Assembly (NCBI RefSeq): GCF_000372725.1
Contig: NW_005201791.1
Location: 362,553 to 419,573 of the forward strand
Length of the DNA: 57,021 nt
Direction: 5' to 3'
From: Emiliania huxleyi CCMP1516
Taxonomy: Eukaryota
Part shown: positions 49,325 to 57,021 of the stretch, piece by piece
Layout of the letters: each line of letters opens with the position of its first letter
Numbering within the stretch: the stretch's first letter is position 1
The notes under the pieces: generated by a model
What the model was told of the DNA's origin: nothing
What the model saw: only the letters and a program-made list of their open reading frames with translations
Database searches by the model: none
Program-made: the position numbers and the translations under genes

Positions 49325-51973
49325 CGAGGCGAGCGAGGCGAGGGCGGCGCGGGCAGCGCGGGCGGCGCGGGCGACGCGGGCGGCGGCGAGGGCGGAGAGG
49401 GCGGAGAGGGCGGAGAGGGCGGAGAGGGCGGAGAGGGCGGTGGGGGCGGCGAGGGCGGCGAGGAGGGTGGCGGCGACGAGGAGGCCGGCGGTGGCGGAGG
49501 CGGCGGCGGCAGCGGTGGCGGTGGCGAGGCTGCGCTGCCGGGAAACAGCGCAGCGTGTCCGATGGAGCTGGACAGCGACGACGAGCCGGAGCCGGCGGCT
49601 GCTACGGAGCTTGCGGCCTCTGCGGAGGAGAGCGAGCAGAGCCCGCCCCTGCTGGCGCCCGCGGCGGCGGCGGCAGGAGCAGAAGAGCCGGCGCCGCTGG
49701 AGGAGGGAGCGGCGGCGGATGCGGCAGCGGAGGCGCCCGTGGCGGTCGCGGAAGGCTTGCGTCTGCATTTGTTTAGCAGCAGCACGGGATACAAGGGCGT
49801 GTACTCGCGAGACGGCCGCTTCTACGCGCAGCACAGTGTGGGCGGAAGAAATGTCCCACTAGGCCGCTTCGACACGGCGGTGGAGGCGGCGGTGGCGTAC
49901 GCGCGAGCGGTCGGGGAGTACCAGCCTCCGCCTCCCCCGACCGTGGCGGCAGAGGCGGAGGGGCTGCGGCTGCACCTCTCCAGCAGCAACGTGACCGGCT
50001 ACAAGGGGGTGTCTATATCTACGCATCACAGTGGCGGCTTCCGGGCGGAGCACTATGTGCGCCGAAGGCCAGTCCACGTCGGACGCTTCGACACGGCGGT
50101 GGAGGCGGCGGTGGCGTACGCGCGCGCGGTCGGGGAGGCGCCGGAAGCGGGCTCGGCGGTGGCAGCAGCAGCAGGGCAAGCGTCAGCAGCATCGCTGGGC
50201 GAGACGGCAGAAGGCGCAGCCGCTGCCGAGCCGGTGGAGGCGGAGGCGGCGGGCGCGGCGGCGGCGGCAGGGGCAGAGCAGCCGGCGCCGCTGGAGGAGG
50301 GAGCGGCGGCGGATGCGGCAGAGGAGGCGCCCCTGGCGGAGGAGGCGGAGGGCTTGCGTCTGCATTTGTCCAGCAGCAGCAATGCTGGCTACAAGGGGGT
50401 GCGCAAGGACTTGCGACACGGCCGCGTCTACTTCTACGCGCAGCACAGTGTGGGCGGAAGAAATGTCACGCTAGGCCGCTTCGATACAGCGGTGGAGGCG
50501 GCGGTGGCGTACGCGCGGGCGGTCGGCGAGTACCAGCCTCCGGCTCATCCTCCCCCGACGGTGGCGGCGGAGGCGGAGGGTCTGCATCTGCACCTCTCGA
50601 GCAGCAACGCCACCGGTTACAAGGGCGTGTTCAAGCAGCCCTCTGGCCGCTTCCTGGCGCAGCGCACTGTGGACGGAGGGAGGGTCTGGCTCGGCACCTT
50701 CGACACGGCGGTGGAGGCGGCGGTGGCGTATGCGCGGGTGGTCGGCGAGGCGCCGGAAGCGGGCTCGGCGGTGGCGGCAGCAGCAGGGCAGGCGTCGGCG
50801 GCACCGCCACCGTTGGGCGAGGCGGCAGAAGGCGCAGCCGCTGCCGAGCCGGTGGTGGAGGAGGCGGCGGGCGCGGCGGCGGCGGCAGGGGCAGAAGAGC
50901 CGGCGCCGCTGGAGGAGGGAGCGGCGGCGGCGGCGGCGGCAGCGGAGGCGCCTGTGGCGGAGGTAGCGGAGGGGCGTCGGCTGCACCTCTCGAGCAGCAG
51001 CGCTACCGGGTACAAGCACGTGTACTCGCGAGACGGCCGCTTCCAGGCGCGGCGCCGGATGGGCGGCAGGCAGGTCTCGCTCGGCTACTTCGACACGGCG
51101 GTGGAGGCGGCGGTGGCGTACGCGCGAGCAGTCGGCGAGTACCAACCTCCGGCTCAACCTCCTCCGCCTCCTCCGACGGTGGCGACAGAGTTTGAGGGGC
51201 TGCGGTTGCACCTCTCCGGCAGCCACGCCACCGGCTACAAGGGGGTGTCTAAGCATCACGGTGGCCGCTTCCGGGTGCAGCACAGGGTGGACGGAAGAAA
51301 GATCCAAGTCGGCGGCCTCTTCGACACTGCGGTGGAGGCGGCGGTGGCGTACGCGCGGGCGGTCGGGCAGGCACCGGACCGCTCCTCCTCTTCCGCCGCC
51401 GGTGGCAGCGGCGCCCGGCCCCGCCCAGCAAAGCGCCCGCTCGAGCCGACCGACGCGCCGCTGCCGAAGCGGCGCTCTAGCCGCGCCGCCGCCGCCGCCC
51501 CCTCGGCTGCCTCCTCCTCCTCCACCCCTCCCGCCGCTTCCTCCTCCTCTTGCTCCTCCTCCACCGCACCCACCGCACCCACCGCACCCACCGCACTGGC
51601 CGCGCCCGCCACCGCCGCCCGCCCCGCCGCCTCCGCCTCCACCTCCACTGCCGCCGCCGCCGCCCCCACCTCCACCGCCGCCCCTGCCGGCCCCTCGCCG
51701 CTCTCGAGCCGCCTGTTCACGACCACACCGGACGGGCGCACCGTGCTGAGGGAGACGCCCCCTCCGCCCACGGGCGGCATGGCGGCCGTCGCCGCGGCGC
51801 TGGCGCAGGTCAACCTGCAGGCCTACGCCGCCGCCTTTGACGCCGAGGGCTACGACGACATCTCGTTCTTGCGCGGACTGGACGCCGCCGAGCGGGCGGA
51901 CGTGGCCAAGGAGACGGGGATGAAGCCCGGGCACGCGGGAAGGTTTGTCAAGTTCGGCTTCGAGCCGCCCTGA
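48890..51973 (+). CDS. Six tandem AP2/ERF-like DNA-binding domains + C-terminal SAM domain
   Basis: Six units of EGLRLHLSSS..TGYKGV...GRF.A.......LG.FDTAVEAAVAYARAVG. C-terminal LAQVNLQAYAAAFDAEGYDDISFL...GMKPGH is SAM-like. True start uncertain. Confidence 0.88.
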
Positions 51974-52281
51974 GCGAGCCCGCCGCTAGGGGCTCAGCCC
52001 TGGATCAGAGTCGGGTCCCGACAGGAGCTCTGTCCCAGTACATTTCGAAGCCATGGCCTCAGGGAGCGGGGGCGAGGGCGTTGGGAGCAACACGGACAAA
52101 AAACATATTAAAATTCATCATGTTCACACCACCCGTATTTGCAACTAGTCACATACGTAGAACGTACGACATATCAATCACCCCATGTGTCATGCGCCAT
52201 GTGAGATGGGTTCCGTGCAATGCTCGAGTACTCGCTACACGGCGCTCTACCGCCGTACCGCCCGGTCTGACTCCCGGCGCG

Positions 52282-53791
52282 TCACCTCAGTGTGGCCGAG
52301 TGCTCGCCTAGCTGGGCCGTCTCCTCCTTGGACGGCACGCACCGTAGCCAGCAACGCCGCCGATCCTCGCCGCCGCCCTTGCCGTCCGCCTCGATGTCTC
52401 GGGCGCCGGCAGCGCGCAAGCGAAGCACAACGTCGTTGTGTCCCGCCATCGCAGCCAGAGCGAGGGCCGTTCGCCCGCGAGCGTTCTTTAGGTCCGGGTC
52501 CGCGCGGCGCGTGAGGAGCAAGTCGACGGCCCCGAGGTTGCCCGTCAGAGCTGCGAAATGCAGTGGCGCCGCGCCCGGCATGTTGTCAAAGAGCTCGAAG
52601 AATGGGGGGGGCCTCGAAAGCCAGTCGAACACCAAGCAGACAGCGCGGCTGATGAGCATTAGGGGGGGGGTTGCTGCCGTCGAAGAGCTGGAACAGAGCG
52701 CCCGCGGCGTGCGCCGGTTGACGTCGCAGCCCTGGCTGATGCAAAAGTCGAGCGTCTCGACGTCGCCGACGCCGAGGGAGAGGTTCACCGTGAGAAGGCA
52801 AGCGCCGAAGCCGTCAACTGACTGCAGGCTGGCGAAGACGGCCTCCCGCTGCTCGGGCGCGGCGTCGCGCAAATAGCACTGGATGCCGTCCTTGCGGCCA
52901 AACAAGGCGGCGATGCCCACCGGCAAATCGCCGAAAGCGGTGACGGAGCGCAGCATGGCGCCGCCGCAGCGCTCCATCAGGACACGGATGTTGCCGGCGT
53001 GGCCGCCAGCGAGGGCGGTGTGGAGCGGGGTCGCACCAACTTCCTTATCGTGCCGCGTCGGGTCCGCGCCAGCGTCGAGGAGCAGACTGACCAGCTCGGG
53101 CGCATCGCGAAAGCGGCACAGCCGGTACAGAATGGTCTCGCCTCGGATAAAGTCGAACGAGGGGTGCCCTTGCGCGAGTGGGGCTTCGACGTCTGCGCCC
53201 GCCGCAATCAGCTCGCTGGCGAGGTCGCCGCGGCGTGCCAGGACTGCGAAGCGAAGCGGCGTCAGTCCGGAACGGCGCCCGTCGGTGGGCGAGGAAAACT
53301 GCATGCGGTGCAGCCAGGCGTCGAGTGGCTCACTCTGCTGAGGGAGGTCCACTTCGCTGCCCGTGCCCGCGAGGATGGCCTCGGCGAGCGCCTGCGCGCC
53401 CGAGCAGCTCAGCTTGCACGGAACTGTGAGGCAGCAGATACAATGCGCATAGCAGCTACGTTTGCACGGATTTGTGGGTTGGCCGACGCGTTGCTACGCC
53501 GGTGGCTCGACACCGACTTTGAAAGGGTTGATGCTGCGCCGAACTACGCTAGGCCTCGTACCGTGAGCACGCGGTACCAGAGAAGCTCGCCGGTGGAGAG
53601 GGCGTGCGCCGCGCGCGTGTTGAGCAGCTCGAGGATCCGCGGGCCCAGGATCTCCTAAGGTGCGGTGCGGTGTAAACTTCTCCACACACACAGGGTGGTG
53701 GGGCAAGGGCCAGGCGACCCTCGCGACTCCACGTCTAGACGACAGGAGCCCCACGGCATCAAATGTGCAAGGCCCGGTGCGCGTGGGTGAG

Positions 53792-53838
<47 letters not shown>

Positions 53839-54666
53839 TCGTGTGTGTCCTCCTTGTCGCTCTCGACGGTGAAATCGCCGTGGCCGACTGGAGTCGCGAG
53901 CCAGTTGCTGGCCATCTGCCCGCAGCCGCCGTAGGTGAAGACGGAAGAGGAGGACTGGGCGACGATCTGCCACTTTGGCATCGGCGAGAGAGCATTCGCA
54001 AGCTGCTCGAGCCGGCACCACCCTACAAGTTCAAGGGCGTGCGTGCGAACGCCGCAGCTCATACACCCAGCCCGCGGAGGCGGTGGCCTCACCGCGACGA
54101 CTCCAGGCCCGATAGTCGCGAGGCGCGCCGCCCTCGTGCCGCCACGCGCCCGCGAGTACGACGAAGAGCGAGCACGAGGTGATGTAGGTCCCGATGCTGC
54201 TGATGGCGTCGAGGCGCGCCTCGACGTTTTCAGCCGCTTGCGGTATCGAGCAGTAGTCAATCCAAAGGTAGCCGTCGGCAAGGTGCTCGGCGAGGTGCTT
54301 GGCCGAGATGTGCATCTCGCCCCACACGAGCCGCTGCAGTGGCCACTCGTGGATGTCCAGCTTCCCGTTGAGCCCGTCCATGAGCAGCCCGCGCAGAAGG
54401 CGGAGCTTGCAGCCGTCCGGGTCCGGATGGGAGCTGCCGAGCCATGTGTGGCTCACAAAGAGCACGCACTCATCGTCCTCCGTGATTTCGTGCAGCAGGC
54501 CGCGCGCGGCCAGATCCTCGTGCCGTGCCAAATGTTTGTCGGGAAGCGCGATGAGGTCGCGCACGCGCAGCGCCCAGAGCGGGAAGCGGCGAGACATCGA
54601 GAAGCGCGCGTACTTACTGTTCTTCTCGGAACCGCGCAGGCTCGGTGGGGCGGCCCGCCATGGCAT
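52282..54666 (-). CDS. HET-like domain + C-terminal ankyrin-repeat protein, multi-exon
   Basis: FVSHTWLGSSHPDPDG, LWIDYCSIPQ, AISSIGTYI, RRG/WCRLE and GDFTVESD, followed by ankyrin repeats (GLTPLRFA, GATPLHTA, GAAPLHFAALTGN, GRTALALAA). Confidence 0.85.
53655..53852 (-). mobile_element. Family A element forming an entire intron (apparent GA donor)
   Basis: Aligns end to end with intron 33059-33277; its removal restores SDK|EILGPRI. Confidence 0.75.
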
Positions 54667-55250
54667 CGCGTTGCTGCTGTGTCACAATCAGCTGCTGTGT
54701 CTTCACCCTGGTACTACAACGAGTATCCTAGTGGGTTCGCTCGCGAGGCGGCCTCGGTGCGAGAATCACAATGCCAACCCCGAGGCGGCCGNNNNNNNNN
54801 NNNNNNNNNNNNNNNNNNNNNNNNNNNNNNNNNNNNNNNNNNNNNNNNNNNNNNNNNNNNNNNNNNNNNNNNNNNNNNNNNNNNNNNNNNNNNNNNNNNN
54901 NNNNNNNNNNNNNNNNNNNNNNNNNNNNNNNNNNNNNNNNNNNNNNNNNNNNNNNNNNNNNNNNNNNNNNNNNNNNNNNNNNNNNNNNNNNNNNNNNNNN
55001 NNNNNNNNNNNNNNNNNNNNNNNNNNNNNNNNNNNNNNNNNNNNNNNNNNNNNNNNNNNNNNNNNNNNNNNNNNNNNNNNNNNNNNNNNNNNNNNNNNNN
55101 NNNNNNNNGAGGCGCGCGGCATAATAATACAGGTATATGAGCTGGTGCTTCGCCGTTGTATCTCTCCCTGTCCGGCGTGGTGGCTCTCTCGCTCGTGTCC
55201 CGTTCTCGTGCCGGCTGGTCCCCAGTTCGAGTTGGTGGGGGGGAGGGGGG

Positions 55251-55334
55251 GGCCTTCTGGGCCTTCTGCGCCTTCTGCGCCTTCTGCGCCTTCTGCGCCT
55301 TCTCGCCTTCTCGCCTTCTCGCCTTCTCGCCTTC
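55251..55334. repeat. (GCCTTCTGC)/(GCCTTCTC) tandem repeat
   Basis: Directly visible. Confidence 0.85.
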
Positions 55335-55758
55335 TTGCCGCGCGAGCCGCGGGCGTCGCCCGTGTTTTTGCTCGCCGAGCGGCCCACACGCCGTCGTGTC
55401 TCGTGCTTCCTCGCGTGCGCGGGCCTCGGCGGGCAGCACCTCGTCTGGTGCTCTGGTGGTCGCTAAATGTGGTGCTGTTTGGCGCCTTGTGGCAGGGCTA
55501 CTGGCACGCGGAGCTGGGGTATCCACCCGTCTCAGCTCGCTGCCGATCTCTACTACTACCTCCCGCGTGGCGTGCACGGGAGGCGTCGGGTATCCCGTGT
55601 GCCCGGCGGGCGGGGCGCGCACCATGCTGCTTGAGGGTGATCGTCGAGCAAATCAAACGCCCAACCACACAGGGACTCCTGTGAGAGATTTTGTTTAACC
55701 CGGGCTCAAATTCTTTTCTTCGCTAGGCGGGCTCAAATTCTTTTCTTCGCTAGGCAGC

Positions 55759-56169
55759 ATGCGCGCCGCGACGACCCGATGCCATCGGAGCCTGCTGTGC
55801 CGGCCGCTGTGGCAGTCGCTGGATGGCCGCCTCGCCAGCGCCTCGCCCAGGCGGCACTTGGCCAGCGGTGCGCCAAAGGCTGCGCGCCGCCGCGGCCCGG
55901 GCGATCCTGTGCTGGTGCCGGAGCTGTGCAGCGCTGGCAGGCTCGCCGGCTTGCTCGGCATGTCTCCGGAAGGGCTGCTGGCGCTGGCAGAGTCGCTGGG
56001 CGAGCCGCTCGCGTCGGAGAGCGCGCCGGTCGGCCGCGAGCTCATCGAGCTCGTCGCCCTCGAGACCGGCCGCTCCGTCTCGCTGCAGCAAGTCGACGCC
56101 GTCCCGCGGCCGGCGCCGTCCGCAGCAGAGCTCGCCGAGCTGCCGCTTCGCCCGCCGGTGGTGACGCTG

Positions 56170-56211
<42 letters not shown>

Positions 56212-57021
56212 CTGCGTGGCTCCTCCATCGCCGCGGGCGAGGCCGGAGGCATCACGCAGGCAACCTCTCGGCCGTCGCCGATTTCTCGCGTAGGACGCAC
56301 TGCTGTTTGTTTGAGAATGCCTCTGTTGAGCTCACGCGCAGGCCATCTCTGCCTTTTCGGTCGGCGCGTCGGGAGGGAGGGAGCTCGGCGCCACCTTCAT
56401 CGACACGCCGGGCCACGAGCTGTTTGCTGCGATGCGCGAACGCGGTGCGCACGTGCCCCGGGCCAGTGCTTGCACTTTGAATGCCGTGCCAGCTCCTGCA
56501 CGCGGCCGGGCGTGGGGATGCGAGGGACTAGCCTGGCCCTTGCCCCACCACCTTGTGTGTGTGGAGAAGTGTACCGTACCTTACCTTAGGCGCGCACGCG
56601 ACGGATCTGATAGTGCTCGTGGTGGCGCTTGACGCGGGCGTGCAGGCACGGCTCGCGCTGCGCCACTCCCAACATCTCCCATCTCTCCCCATCTCTCCCC
56701 ATCTCTCGCGCAGGCACGGCTCGCGCTGCGTCACTCCCCATATCTCCCCATATCTCCCCATATCTCCCCATATCTCCCCATATCTCGCGCAGGCACGGCT
56801 CGCGCTGCGCCACTCCCAACATCTCCCCATATCTCCCCATCTCTCCCCATCTCTCCCCATCTCTCCCCATCTCTCCCCATCTCTCGCGCAGGACACGACG
56901 CGAGAGGCGATTCGGTATGCGAAGGAGGTGCAGTGCCCTCTGGTGGTCGCCGCCAACAAGGTGGATAGACCTGGCGGACCCGAGGCGGTGGCGAAGCTGT
57001 CGCAGCAGCTGCTGGATGAGC
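55759..57021 (+). CDS. infB: Translation initiation factor IF-2, organellar (probably mitochondrial), 5' part
   Basis: [71 protein letters not shown] and VVAANKVD; Arg-rich N-terminal presequence. Confidence 0.93.
56445..56589 (+). mobile_element. Family A element forming an entire intron
   Basis: GT...CCTTACCTTAG intron homologous to the other family A copies. Confidence 0.75.

Noticed and set aside
55700..55756. Tandem duplication upstream of the IF-2 start
   Set aside because: A simple two-copy local duplication with no further evidence of function.

Overview
Eukaryotic, very GC-rich, repeat-dense genomic DNA. It is most consistent with a haptophyte alga of the Emiliania/Gephyrocapsa huxleyi type. 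This is inferred from the frequent GC-donor introns, the 10-11 bp intronic tandem repeats such as (ATCTCCCCAT)n and the gene content. There are three assembly gaps, two of them flanked by low-quality sequence. Supported genes: partial Fuseless-like membrane protein; NHL-BTB protein; three intronless paralogous ankyrin-cassette genes with different C-terminal effectors (RING; IRAK/Pelle-like kinase+RING; U-box); Zeta-toxin-like P-loop kinase; 2OG-Fe(II) oxygenase; ShK-like secreted protein; TBL/PC-esterase; small PDZ protein; nucleoside-hydrolase-domain membrane protein; six-AP2+SAM protein; HET-like+ankyrin protein; partial organellar IF-2. Orphan gene fragments and many short non-autonomous elements lie between them. 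Most notable observations: (1) a DARPin-like variable ankyrin receptor family with swappable ubiquitin-ligase or kinase outputs; (2) a tandem AP2 array with hypervariable, mosaic DNA-reading strands; (3) several apparent intron-generating element families, including a cassette-plus-exon-duplication intron type and a near-identical intron shared by two unrelated genes. Exon boundaries and domain calls were made by eye and have not been checked against RNA data or databases.
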